Below are positions 1 through 14,519 of a stretch of DNA of 32,000 nucleotides, in pieces (within the stretch, counting starts at the first letter, position 1; each line of letters begins with the position of its first letter). The DNA lies in the sequence record CM022725.1. One strand, given 5' to 3'. The position numbers and the translations under genes are program-made. The notes beneath the pieces were generated by a model. That model did not search any database. It was given only the letters and a program-made list of their open reading frames with translations, and had not been told where the DNA came from.

Positions 1-1
1 T

Positions 2-1381
2 GGTGAAAAAGCATGTTCGTTTACACCTGTAAATCTTTCAGTTTCTTTTAAATTCAAAGCGTTACAATTTGCATCTCAAAAACTTCTTGCGATGCAAACG
101 ACTTCAACAAAAGGATACCGCAATAAAACTGTTAGTAAGTTTTCGGTTTACTCGAAATTAAAGCTATCTCGTTTAACAAAATATTCACGCCTGTCTGCTG
201 CTCCCCCAACATTTCAAGATTCAGTCAAGAAGTTAACTATTCCAATGCTAATGAATCCTTTAATGACTGTATTTGCAAATAACTTTGCATTACAAAATGT
301 TGTGACAGCTAATAAGCTTTCTATTGAAAATTTATATTCTTTTGCTGGTAATCTTAAAATTTCCGGTAATTTTCTGCCGTTACCAACAACTTCAAATATT
401 CAAACGTTCAAACCTACGATTACAAAAGGGATTCTAATGCCTTTTGGAATTAAACAAACAACAACTGATTTAAGTCTTGAACTTAACAAAATGGAGAATA
501 AAGCAGTAATGGCAATGTCCGGGGAAATCCGCGCTGTTAATTGTCTTCTTAATGATGAGCATCAAACTGCTTTTAAAGTAAACCCGTCGGAATTAACTGT
601 TAAATTAGGTGATTATGCTCGAATTGAAGATCAATTAACTCTTACTGAAACGATTCCCTTATCAGGTCAAGTTAATTTCCTTAATTCGGACAATACTGTT
701 GTTCGTTCAGTTCAACCTTATTTATTAGTTCCCGGATCTGAATTACAAGTTAGTCATGGTCGATTAGTACAAAAGCATACGGTCCTTGGAACTTTAATTT
801 CAGCAGAATCCAAAGGTGGTGATATTGTTCAAGGTTTACCAAAAGTTGATGAATTACTTGAAGCTCGTGAACCACAACATAAACTTTTTACAAGTATGCA
901 TGCTAAACTTTCAACGTTATTTTACCAATATGGTAAAATGTATGGTTTACGTGAAGGCTGTGAGTTAAGTTTTCAGAAAATTCGACAATTTTTGGTTCAA
1001 GAAGTTCAAGACGTGTACCAATCACAAGGTGTTTACATTGGTGATAAACACGTCGAAATTATTGTGCGTCAAATGACTACACATGTAGTAGTTATTGATC
1101 CTGGAAAAACAGGTTTATTACCGGGTGATATTATTGATATTCGCCGAATTGAACAATTAGAACATGAAGGTTCTTTTGCTGGCGTTAAGTATCGACCAAT
1201 TTTATTAGGAATTACCCGTGCCGCATTAATGGCTGAAAGTTTTATTTCTGCTGCAAGTTTCCAAGAAACTAAACGTGTACTTGCTAAAGCTGCCCTTGAA
1301 GGTCAAATTGATTGGTTAACTGGTTTAAAAGAAAACGTTATTTTAGGTCGCTTAATTCCTGCAGGAACTGGTTTATATTAG
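2..1381 (+). CDS. rpoC2: RNA polymerase beta'' subunit, C-terminal portion; the frame is open to the left window edge, so the 5' part lies outside the window
   Basis: There is no stop in frame from nt 2 to the tracked ATG at 92. The C-terminus carries conserved beta'' blocks: GLPKVDELLEAR, HVEIIVRQMT and ITRAALMAESFISAASFQETKRVLAKAALEGQIDWLTGLKENVILGRLIPAGTG. It is followed by rps2, as in plastid rpo clusters. Confidence 0.9.
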   Translation, partial: GEKACSFTPVNLSVSFKFKALQFASQKLLAMQTTSTKGYRNKTVSKFSVYSKLKLSRLTKYSRLSAAPPTFQDSVKKLTIPMLMNPLMTVFANNFALQNVVTANKLSIENLYSFAGNLKISGNFLPLPTTSNIQTFKPTITKGILMPFGIKQTTTDLSLELNKMENKAVMAMSGEIRAVNCLLNDEHQTAFKVNPSELTVKLGDYARIEDQLTLTETIPLSGQVNFLNSDNTVVRSVQPYLLVPGSELQVSHGRLVQKHTVLGTLISAESKGGDIVQGLPKVDELLEAREPQHKLFTSMHAKLSTLFYQYGKMYGLREGCELSFQKIRQFLVQEVQDVYQSQGVYIGDKHVEIIVRQMTTHVVVIDPGKTGLLPGDIIDIRRIEQLEHEGSFAGVKYRPILLGITRAALMAESFISAASFQETKRVLAKAALEGQIDWLTGLKENVILGRLIPAGTGLY

Positions 1382-1456
1382 AAATAATCTGTGCTATACT
1401 TCCCTACAGAAAGTGTGAATGTTTATACAATTTGAAAACGTTAAATTAAATTTATT

Positions 1457-2095
1457 ATGTTAAAGTCAATGCTTGAAGCTGGTGTACACTTTGGACACCA
1501 ATCTCGCCGTTGGAACCCAAAAATGGCACCTTACATCTATGAAGAAAAAAATGGAATTCATATTTTAGATGTAGTACAAACAATCGGTGAGCTTGAAAAA
1601 GCTCGTGCTGCTTTTAAATCAGCAAAAAATGTAATTTTTGTTGGAACACGTCCACAAATTGCACCGTTAATTGAAGAAGTAGCTAAAAAATCAGGTTCGC
1701 ACTACGTAAATACACGTTGGGTAGGTGGTCTTTTAACAAACTGGTCAACAATGTCAATGTGTCTTGAACAATTAGCACGTTTAGATGTACGTTTAGCTGA
1801 AGCTGTACCAACTAAAGGGTTTACGAAAAAAGATATTCTTACATTATCAAAAGAACGTGAACGTCTTGAAAAGTTTTTTGGTGGACTTCGTTCATTAAAA
1901 GGTTTACCAGATTTAGTAGTTATTGTTGGTCAACCCCACGAACGTAATGCGGTATTAGAGTGTCAAAAATTAAACATTCCAACAATCACATTACTTGATT
2001 CAAACTGTGACCCAACTTCAGCTACTTATGGTATCCCAGCGAATGATGATTCATCACGCTCGGTAGCATTTATTCTTGAACAGCTTATTGCATAA
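1457..2095 (+). CDS. rps2: 30S ribosomal protein S2
   Basis: The translation starts MLKSMLEAGVHFGHQSRRWNPKMAPYIY, the typical S2 N-terminus, and contains the GGLLTNW block. Confidence 0.95.
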   Translation: MLKSMLEAGVHFGHQSRRWNPKMAPYIYEEKNGIHILDVVQTIGELEKARAAFKSAKNVIFVGTRPQIAPLIEEVAKKSGSHYVNTRWVGGLLTNWSTMSMCLEQLARLDVRLAEAVPTKGFTKKDILTLSKERERLEKFFGGLRSLKGLPDLVVIVGQPHERNAVLECQKLNIPTITLLDSNCDPTSATYGIPANDDSSRSVAFILEQLIA

Positions 2096-2114
2096 GCTTT
2101 CCTAAAAAAAGATA

Positions 2115-2146
2115 AGGTTCTAGATCTAATGACGGTCTAGAATCCT
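2115..2146 (+). terminator. Inverted repeat 3' of rps2 (AGGTTCTAGA / TCTAGAATCCT, one bulge)
   Basis: Stem of about 10 bp with an 11-nt loop, read directly, starting 20 nt after the rps2 stop. A role in 3'-end formation or stability is inferred. Confidence 0.45.
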
Positions 2147-2443
2147 ATTTTTAACACAAAATAATACACAAATCACACATTGACTGTCAAAACAGACGCC
2201 TAGATTAACCTTCCAAAATGACTACGACTACAACTTAGTCTATTTCTCCATGGATTTTGAAGCTTTTTAGCTTCATTAAAGAACAGTAAACTTATAGTTT
2301 TTTTTAGGGGAGGTCCAATTGAAACATTTGTTTTTTTCTGAGTTCTATTTTTTGAATAGAAAGAGGCAGACATCCTAAACCCATTTAATTGGCTTGTATA
2401 CTGTATTTCAGAAACATTCAATTTGAATGGGATTCATAAACAC

Positions 2444-3933
<1,490 letters not shown>

Positions 3934-4004
3934 TAATGAGATTTTGAACAGCAAATTGTTCATAAAGACCAAGCCGGAAGCGGCGCGTAATTGCCGCTGG
4001 CTAC

Positions 4005-4078
<74 letters not shown>

Positions 4079-4084
4079 TGGCAC

Positions 4085-4157
4085 GGGGGTATAGCTCAGT
4101 TGGTAGAGCGCTGCCTTTGCAAGGCAGACGTCAGCGGTTCGAGTCCGCTTACCTCCA
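4085..4157 (+). tRNA. trnA: tRNA-Ala (anticodon UGC), no intron
   Basis: Acceptor GGGGGTA/TACCTCC with the G3:U70 Ala identity pair; anticodon arm CTGCC-TTTGCAA-GGCAG. It starts only 6 nt after trnI. Confidence 0.95.
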
Positions 4158-4213
4158 GCCAAATGATTTATCTCTTAGATAAATCTTGAATTGTGGAAAT
4201 TTCATTTGAAAAC

Positions 4214-7077
<2,864 letters not shown>

Positions 7078-7092
7078 ATTTATTATTTTTTT

Positions 7093-7214
7093 TATTCTTG
7101 GTGTCTTCGTCAAAGTCGAGACACAGCATCCCATTCCGAACTGCGTGGTGAAAGGCTTCTGAGATAACGATAGGACAAGGGCCACTTTCTCTGAAAACAT
7201 ATCGATGCCAAGAC
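7093..7214 (+). rRNA. rrf: 5S ribosomal RNA
   Basis: TATTCTTGGTGTC...CCCATTCCGAACTGCGTGGTGAAA...GATGCCAAGAC matches the plastid 5S layout. It starts about 16 nt after 23S. Confidence 0.88.
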
Positions 7215-7238
7215 TTATTATTTATTAACTCTATTTTT

Positions 7239-7275
7239 AAAGGGGGTTGCTAGTACTAGCAACCCCCTTTTTTAT
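7239..7275 (+). terminator. Intrinsic-terminator-like hairpin closing the rrn operon
   Basis: Perfect 14-bp stem AAAGGGGGTTGCTA / TAGCAACCCCCTTT with a 4-nt loop, followed by a T-run (CCCCCTTTTTTATTT). Confidence 0.6.
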
Positions 7276-7398
7276 TTCCTTTTTTTTAATATAAAACAAA
7301 ATTCACAACAACTCCATTTAATCTCAGGAAAGCCTTCTAAAATCCAGAAATATCACTGTATAAGAAGCCTAATTAGATTATTTAAAGCTTACATAGAA

Positions 7399-7410
7399 AT
7401 ATATATATAT
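7399..7410. repeat. (AT)6 dinucleotide repeat
   Basis: ATATATATATAT read directly within the gene-free island. Confidence 0.9.
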
Positions 7411-7593
7411 TTGTTTAAATTTTACTTTTTGAACCATTTAAAGGAGTGTTTCACGAAATATCCACGAAAATTCTTCTATTTTCTCAAAAGACATTCAATT
7501 CATTTACCTTTCATCACACGAAAACATTATTTATCCAGTTGATCTAATCATTGAAGTGCTTCTTTTACTTTATTTTGTACATCCGAGAAAGAA

Positions 7594-7613
7594 TTTAAAT
7601 ATGTTTAAATATG
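7594..7613. repeat. Tandem duplication TTTAAATATG x2
   Basis: Two adjacent identical 10-mers read directly. Confidence 0.9.
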
Positions 7614-7787
7614 AAAGAATTCCTTCAAAAATATAACGTAAACGAACTCGACGGTTTAATTGTATTTTATATAAAACATTCCCAGCAGTTGTTTTTCCTT
7701 TTTGTGGCATATATTTTCTGTCTCCCTGGTGTTGAGTTTTAGTGAATAAGATTGACTTCCTGTGTTTTGGATTTTGAATTATGAAAA

Positions 7788-7805
7788 GTGCCCCCGAAGG
7801 GGCAC
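7788..7805 (-). terminator. GC-rich hairpin distal to the psbA 3' end
   Basis: GTGCCCC-CGAA-GGGGCAC, a 7-bp perfect stem, 42 nt beyond the psbA stop on the minus strand. Confidence 0.55.
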
Positions 7806-7812
7806 CGAAGTG

Positions 7813-7838
7813 TTTAAGTTTAGGTGAGTAAACTTAAA
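7813..7838 (-). terminator. AT-rich hairpin immediately 3' of psbA
   Basis: TTTAAGTTT / AAACTTAAA, a 9-bp stem with an 8-nt loop, 9 nt beyond the psbA stop. Confidence 0.4.
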
Positions 7839-7846
7839 GAACTTAA

Positions 7847-9312
<1,466 letters not shown>

Positions 9313-9417
9313 AGGAGGAGATTCCTTAAAAAATGATTTTCAGCTCAAAGTTTTAAGTCTTAATACATTTAATTCTTAAACTAGTGTTTAGTTCTAATTA
9401 ATAATATATGGTTGTTT

Positions 9418-9452
9418 AACTGGTAAAAATAATTTTTTTATTTTTACCAGTT
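9418..9452. repeat. Perfect 14-bp inverted repeat between the divergent psbZ and tRNA(CAU) genes
   Basis: AACTGGTAAAAATA-ATTTTTT-TATTTTTACCAGTT read directly. It is not 3' of any gene on either strand. Confidence 0.6.
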
Positions 9453-9601
9453 ATAGTATTATACTAGGATGATAACCAAAAAGACAAATCCTCGAGCTAC
9501 TTCTATCATAACATTTTCATTGAAATCTGCCCAGAAATTAGACTAATATTTCTAAAAAAATAAAAAACTCGTTCCTTAAATAAATTCCAGTTTAAATTTC
9601 A

Positions 9602-9630
9602 TTTAGAATCGATTACAATAGATTTATACT
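9602..9630 (+). promoter_or_regulatory. Candidate sigma70-type promoter for tRNA(CAU): TTTAGA-17-TATACT
   Basis: The hexamers and the 17-nt spacer were read directly. The -10 ends 5 nt before the tRNA 5' end. Confidence 0.35.
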
Positions 9631-9635
9631 AATAC

Positions 9636-9707
9636 GGCTCGGTAGCTTAGTGGTAGAGCAGGGGACTCATAATCCCAAGGTCACAGGTTCAATCCCCGTT
9701 CGAGCCA
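9636..9707 (+). tRNA. trnM: tRNA with CAU anticodon, elongator type (Met, or Ile if C34 is lysidinylated)
   Basis: Acceptor GGCTCGG/TCGAGCC with G1-C72 paired; anticodon loop CTCATAA; T loop TTCAATC. C11:G24 and a paired 1-72 argue against an initiator. Met versus Ile(CAU) cannot be decided by eye. Confidence 0.8.
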
Positions 9708-9893
9708 ATTTCTTAAAAAAGAACTCTTTGAATTCATGAGAATTCCTTTAACTTACAAAATAATAAAGTAAATAAACTACAAAGTATAGGCGTATTTTAT
9801 ATTATAAGAGTACAAATTCTTTGGCTGATTCTTCTAGAATATTCTAAAGTTTTTTAGTTATTTTTAATCCATTGTAATGGACCTTCAGTTTTT

Positions 9894-10157
9894 ATGATTG
9901 ACTTCATTCAGCGCGTCGTTGTAACTCAAAAATCAACAATGCTTCTTGAGTCTGAACGTTATACGTTCGATGTGGACGTACATCTTAACAAAACAGACAT
10001 TAAAACGCTTATTGAGGACCTCTATGGGGTTCATGTTATTTCCGTAAATACTCATCGTCTCCCACGTCGTAAAACACGATTTGGCGGAATGAAAGCCCGT
10101 ACAAAACGTGCAATTATCCGTTTAAAGGCTGGCGATACTTTACCTATCTTTGACTAA
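9894..10157 (+). CDS. rpl23: 50S ribosomal protein L23
   Basis: 87 aa ending ...[33 protein letters not shown]. It is the first gene of the conserved rpl23-rpl2-rps19 order. Confidence 0.9.
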   Translation: MIDFIQRVVVTQKSTMLLESERYTFDVDVHLNKTDIKTLIEDLYGVHVISVNTHRLPRRKTRFGGMKARTKRAIIRLKAGDTLPIFD

Positions 10158-10158
10158 T

Positions 10159-10992
10159 ATGGCTCTTCGTTTTTATAAAGCATATACTCCGGGAACACGT
10201 AACCGTTCTGTATCAGACTGTACAGGATTAACAAAGACTCGTCCCGAAAAGTCTTTAACTCGTTTAGTTCACCGTGCAAACGGTCGTAATAACCGTGGAG
10301 TAATTACATGCCGTCACCGTGGTGGTGGGCACAAACGTTTATACCGTCAAATTGATTTCCGTCGTAACAAATACGAAATGGCGGCAACAGTGCAGACAAT
10401 TGAATATGATCCAAACCGTAACGCACGTATTGCACTTGTAGAGTATGAAGATGGAGAAAAGCGCTACATCTTACATCCAAATGGATTACAAATTGGTGAT
10501 TCCATTATTGCAAGTGAAAATGCTGCAAACGCAGTTGGAAATGCATTACCGTTAAGTGCTATGCCTTTAGGGGTACAAGTACATAATATCGAAATGCACC
10601 CGAAAAAAGGTGGACAACTTGTTCGTTCTGCTGGTGCAGTAGCGCAACTTGTAGCAAAAGAAGGGGAATTCGTAACTTTACGTCTTCCATCTGGAGAAGT
10701 TCGTCTTATTTCAAAAATGTGTTGGGCTACTATTGGACAAGTAGGAAACATGGATGCTATGAACCTTTCCCTTGGAAAGGCTGGTCGTTCACGTTGGCTT
10801 GGTCGTCGTCCAACAGTTCGTGGTAGTGTAATGAACGCTGTAGATCACCCACACGGTGGAGGGGAAGGTCGTTGTCCGATCGGACACGCACAACCTCGTA
10901 CTCCATGGGGTAAACCAGCTCTTGGTGTTAAAACTCGTACACGTAAGAAGTACAGTGATAATCTCATTCTTCGCCGCCGAAAAGTTTCATAA
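10159..10992 (+). CDS. rpl2: 50S ribosomal protein L2, no intron
   Basis: [18 protein letters not shown]...HPHGGGEGR. The ATG at 10159 is one nt after the rpl23 TAA. The tracked start at 10150 is a TTG inside rpl23. Confidence 0.95.
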   Translation: MALRFYKAYTPGTRNRSVSDCTGLTKTRPEKSLTRLVHRANGRNNRGVITCRHRGGGHKRLYRQIDFRRNKYEMAATVQTIEYDPNRNARIALVEYEDGEKRYILHPNGLQIGDSIIASENAANAVGNALPLSAMPLGVQVHNIEMHPKKGGQLVRSAGAVAQLVAKEGEFVTLRLPSGEVRLISKMCWATIGQVGNMDAMNLSLGKAGRSRWLGRRPTVRGSVMNAVDHPHGGGEGRCPIGHAQPRTPWGKPALGVKTRTRKKYSDNLILRRRKVS

Positions 10993-11007
10993 ATTTTTTT
11001 ATACCGT

Positions 11008-11286
11008 ATGGCTCGTTCTCTCAAAAAAGGACCTTTTGTTGCACATAAGCTTATGAAAAAGATTGAGCTTCTTCATGCAAAAGGTGAAAAAACAGTAATT
11101 CAGACTTGGTCACGAAGTTCTACAATCACACCAATTATGATTGGACATACAATCGCAGTTCATAATGGACGCGAACATATTCCAGTTTTTGTGACGGATC
11201 AAATGGTTGGTCACAAACTTGGTGAATTTAGTCCTACTCGTACATTCCGTGGGCACGTAAAGACTGATAAAAAGTCTAAGCGTTAA
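11008..11286 (+). CDS. rps19: 30S ribosomal protein S19
   Basis: [20 protein letters not shown]...[32 protein letters not shown]. Confidence 0.95.
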   Translation: MARSLKKGPFVAHKLMKKIELLHAKGEKTVIQTWSRSSTITPIMIGHTIAVHNGREHIPVFVTDQMVGHKLGEFSPTRTFRGHVKTDKKSKR

Positions 11287-11326
11287 TTTATTTCACCACA
11301 TCGCATTTCCTAAATAGAAAAATATT

Positions 11327-11962
11327 ATGGGTCAAAAAGTTCATCCGATTGGATTTCGAATTGGTGTAACACAAACTCACCGTTCACAATGGTTTGCTAA
11401 ACCAAAAGATTATGCAAAACTCGTTGAAGAAGATCTCGTAATTCGTCAATTTGTTGAAAGTCGACTTCCTGAAGCAGGAATTTCGCGTGTAAACATTTCA
11501 CGTCAAGTAGATCGTATTGAAATCGAGTTTTTCACTGCACGTCCGCGTGCACTTGTAGGAGCAAAGGGAGAAACTTTAACTCAACTTCGTGATGAGATTA
11601 AAGCAAAACTTCCTGAGACTCGTAACGTTGCATTATATGTAACAAAAACACAACAGCCAGAAATGGAAGCAATTTGTATTGCTGAAAACATTGCTGAGCA
11701 ACTTGAAAAGCGTACCCCATTCCGTCGTACAATGCGTCAAGCAATTATGCGTGCCCGTAAAGCTGGAGCTGATGGGATTAAAGTTCAGATTTCTGGACGT
11801 TTAAATGGTGCTGAAATCGCTCGTCATGAATGGGCTCGTGAAGGTCGCGTACCTTTACACACTATTCGTGCAGATATTGATTATGCAACAGCACGTGCTC
11901 AGACACTCTATGGAATTTTAGGGATTAAAGTATGGGTTTGTAAGGGGGAAAAATCATGTTAA
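11327..11962 (+). CDS. rps3: 30S ribosomal protein S3 (211 aa, no insertion)
   Basis: [24 protein letters not shown]... has the KH-domain and S3 C-terminal pattern. It follows rps19 after only 40 nt. Confidence 0.94.
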   Translation: MGQKVHPIGFRIGVTQTHRSQWFAKPKDYAKLVEEDLVIRQFVESRLPEAGISRVNISRQVDRIEIEFFTARPRALVGAKGETLTQLRDEIKAKLPETRNVALYVTKTQQPEMEAICIAENIAEQLEKRTPFRRTMRQAIMRARKAGADGIKVQISGRLNGAEIARHEWAREGRVPLHTIRADIDYATARAQTLYGILGIKVWVCKGEKSC

Positions 11963-12381
11963 GTCCAAAACGAACAAAATACCGTAAACCACACCGTGGA
12001 AACCGTAAAGGGGTAGCACTTCGTGGAAACACAATTGCATTTGGTGATTTTGCTCTTCAAGCGACTGAACCTGGATGGATCACTTCACGTCAAATTGAAG
12101 CAGGTCGACGTTCAATGAGTCGTTATGCAAAGCGTGGTGGTCAATTATGGATTCGTATGTTCCCAGACCGTTCAATCACAGCTCGTGCTGCCGAAACTCG
12201 TATGGGTGCTGGTAAAGGTGCTCCAGATTACTGGGTATGTATCGTAAAACCAGGTAAAATTCTTTATGAACTTGGTGGTGTAACAGAAACAATTGCGCGT
12301 TCATCAATGCGTATTGCAGCATACAAAATGCCTGTAAAAACTAAGTTTCTTATCCGTGATGGATACGCACAAGCAGACTAG
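11956..12381 (+). CDS. rpl16: 50S ribosomal protein L16, no intron
   Basis: [36 protein letters not shown]... The start overlaps the rps3 stop (ATGTTAA). Confidence 0.95.
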   Translation: MLSPKRTKYRKPHRGNRKGVALRGNTIAFGDFALQATEPGWITSRQIEAGRRSMSRYAKRGGQLWIRMFPDRSITARAAETRMGAGKGAPDYWVCIVKPGKILYELGGVTETIARSSMRIAAYKMPVKTKFLIRDGYAQAD

Positions 12382-12445
12382 TTCTTAAATTCATTCTTGT
12401 TCTATCTTGGCATTGGCCAGATTTAATCTATAATTTTTTCTTTAT

Positions 12446-12805
12446 ATGATTCAACCACAGACATATCTTGAGGTTGCTGACAATAGTGGTGCACGTAAAT
12501 TAATGTGTATCCGTGTATTGAACCGTCAAGTTGGACATATTGGTGATGTTATCGTTGCTGTTGTCAAAGAAGCATTACCAAACATGCCAGTAAAAAAATC
12601 AGAAGTTGTTCGTGCAGTAATTGTACGTACAGCACACACTATTCAACGTGACAACGGTATGTCAATTCGATTTGATGATAATGCCGCTGTTATTATTAAC
12701 AAAGAGGGAAACCCACGTGGTACACGTGTATTCGGTCCAATCGCACGTGAATTACGTGAACGCGATTTTATGAAGATTGTTTCTCTCGCTCCAGAAGTTC
12801 TCTAA
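12446..12805 (+). CDS. rpl14: 50S ribosomal protein L14
   Basis: [25 protein letters not shown]... Confidence 0.95.
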   Translation: MIQPQTYLEVADNSGARKLMCIRVLNRQVGHIGDVIVAVVKEALPNMPVKKSEVVRAVIVRTAHTIQRDNGMSIRFDDNAAVIINKEGNPRGTRVFGPIARELRERDFMKIVSLAPEVL

Positions 12806-12815
12806 CTTTAATTGT

Positions 12816-13370
12816 ATGATTCAACGACTTCATAACTCGTACTTAACAAAAGTACAACCAACTCTCTCAGAAAAATTCAACTACAAAAACAATCACGAAA
12901 TCCCACGCCTTGAGAAAATTGTGATCAACCGTGGAGTAGGAAGTGCATCTCAGAACAGTAAGTTACTTGAATCTTTATCTGACGAATTAATGACCTTAGC
13001 TGGACAACGTCCAGTAGTTAAGCGCGCAAAGAAAGCAATTGCTGGATTTGGAATTCGTGAAGAGATGCCAATTGGTTTAACAGTAACACTTCGTGGAGAG
13101 CGTATGTATGCTTTCTATGATCGACTTGTAAACCTTGCGCTTCCGCGTATTCGTGACTTCCAAGGTATTAGTCCCAAAAATTTTGATGGGCATGGTAACT
13201 TTACTCTTGGACTTACTGAACAACTCATGTTCCCTGAAGTAAGCTATGAAAGTATTGATCAAGTTTGTGGTATGGATATTTCTATCGTTACAACATCAAA
13301 CACTGATCAAGAAGGTCATGCTTTATTAAAAGAACTTGGAATGCCATTTAAAGCAGGTTCAGTAAACTAA
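12816..13370 (+). CDS. rpl5: 50S ribosomal protein L5
   Basis: [42 protein letters not shown]... The ATG at 12816 lies 10 nt after the rpl14 stop. The tracked start at 12777 is a TTG inside rpl14. Confidence 0.92.
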   Translation: MIQRLHNSYLTKVQPTLSEKFNYKNNHEIPRLEKIVINRGVGSASQNSKLLESLSDELMTLAGQRPVVKRAKKAIAGFGIREEMPIGLTVTLRGERMYAFYDRLVNLALPRIRDFQGISPKNFDGHGNFTLGLTEQLMFPEVSYESIDQVCGMDISIVTTSNTDQEGHALLKELGMPFKAGSVN

Positions 13371-13388
13371 TTTATTTTTATTGACAAC

Positions 13389-13757
13389 ATGGTAAACGAC
13401 ACAATTAGTGATATGCTTACACGATTACGCAATGCGTACCTTGCAAATAAAGACAATACTTCTTTAAAAGCAACTCGTGTAGTCAAAGATATTGCTCAAG
13501 TATTAGTGCAAGAAGGATTTCTTGGACCTATCGAACAAGAAGAAAACGGATTTTTTACAGTAAACTTAAAACGTGGTGTAAAACAATTTGAACGCGTAAG
13601 TACTCCTGGAGTTCGAGTTTATGCTAACCATAAAGATCTTCAGCCAGTATTAAATGGAATGGGTATTGCCGTAATTTCAACATCACAAGGAATCATGACT
13701 GACCGTAAAGCTCGTGCTTTAGGAATTGGTGGTGAAATTCTTTGTAAAATTTGGTAA
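13389..13757 (+). CDS. rps8: 30S ribosomal protein S8
   Basis: MVNDTISDMLTRLRNAYLANKD... Confidence 0.94.
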   Translation: MVNDTISDMLTRLRNAYLANKDNTSLKATRVVKDIAQVLVQEGFLGPIEQEENGFFTVNLKRGVKQFERVSTPGVRVYANHKDLQPVLNGMGIAVISTSQGIMTDRKARALGIGGEILCKIW

Positions 13758-13760
13758 GCC

Positions 13761-14000
13761 ATGACAACTAATCGCGAACTCATTGAAATGGAAGGGTTTG
13801 TCGTGGAATCACTTCCAAATGCTATGTTTCAGGTTGAACTTGAAAATGGTTTTCAAGTTCTTGCACATATTTCTGGTAAAATTCGACGCAATTCAATCAA
13901 AATTCTTCTTGGAGATCGAGTGACCGTTGAATTAACACCTTATGATTTAACGAAAGGTCGTATTATTTACCGTTTACGAAAAAAAGATCGTTCACAGTAA
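13761..14000 (+). CDS. infA: Translation initiation factor IF-1
   Basis: [64 protein letters not shown] is an S1-like IF-1 fold. The ATG is 3 nt after the rps8 stop. Confidence 0.94.
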   Translation: MTTNRELIEMEGFVVESLPNAMFQVELENGFQVLAHISGKIRRNSIKILLGDRVTVELTPYDLTKGRIIYRLRKKDRSQ

Positions 14001-14052
14001 TAAAATAATTCTACTTTGAGTTAGATAACTATTTATTTGGTAATACTTTATT

Positions 14053-14445
14053 ATGGCAACAAAACAGCGTAAAATTACGCAAAAGAAAACACGTCGCAAA
14101 GTACAACGTGGGGTAGTCCACATTTACGCGACATTTAATAACACGTTAGTAACAATTAGTGATCGTTCTGGTCTTGTTATTGCATCATCATCAGCTGGAG
14201 CTTGTGGCTTCCGCGGAGCTCGTAAAGGAACTCCATTTGCTGCACAAACAGCATCGGAAGAAGCAGTTCGTAAAGCACTTGACTACGGTTTAAAGTATGT
14301 TGATGTAATGGTAAAAGGACCAGGTGCAGGTCGTGAAATGGCCATCCGTGCCCTTCAACAACTTGGATTAGGAGTTACTTTAATTCGTGACGTTACTCCA
14401 TTACCACACAATGGATGTCGTCCTCCTAAAAAGCGTCGCGTATAA
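14053..14445 (+). CDS. rps11: 30S ribosomal protein S11
   Basis: ...[46 protein letters not shown]...[13 protein letters not shown]. Confidence 0.95.
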   Translation: MATKQRKITQKKTRRKVQRGVVHIYATFNNTLVTISDRSGLVIASSSAGACGFRGARKGTPFAAQTASEEAVRKALDYGLKYVDVMVKGPGAGREMAIRALQQLGLGVTLIRDVTPLPHNGCRPPKKRRV

Positions 14446-14519
14446 TATTATTTATATTGCGCTTTTAAGTAATTTCGCTCAAATCATCACAACGCCCACC
14501 GTTCTATTCAATAAACTTT

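Noticed and set aside
2180-2206. TTGACT ... TAGATT as the rrn operon promoter
   Set aside because: The spacer is only 15 nt and the -10 match is 4/6. Chance matches are common in this AT-rich leader, so this is not reported as a feature.
7570-7710. 46-codon minus-strand ORF (MPQKGKTTAGNVLYKIQLNRR...) as a possible small ribosomal or photosystem gene
   Set aside because: It matches no small plastid protein pattern that I know (rpl36, rpl32, rpl33, psbT, psbM, psbL, psbJ, psbF, petL, petN). It has no Shine-Dalgarno-like motif. I kept it only as a note within the gene-free-island finding.
10464-11056. ORFs antisense to, or frame-shifted within, rpl2 (95 aa and 66 aa)
   Set aside because: They lie inside rpl2, or bridge the rpl2-rps19 junction in another frame. 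They have no start context.
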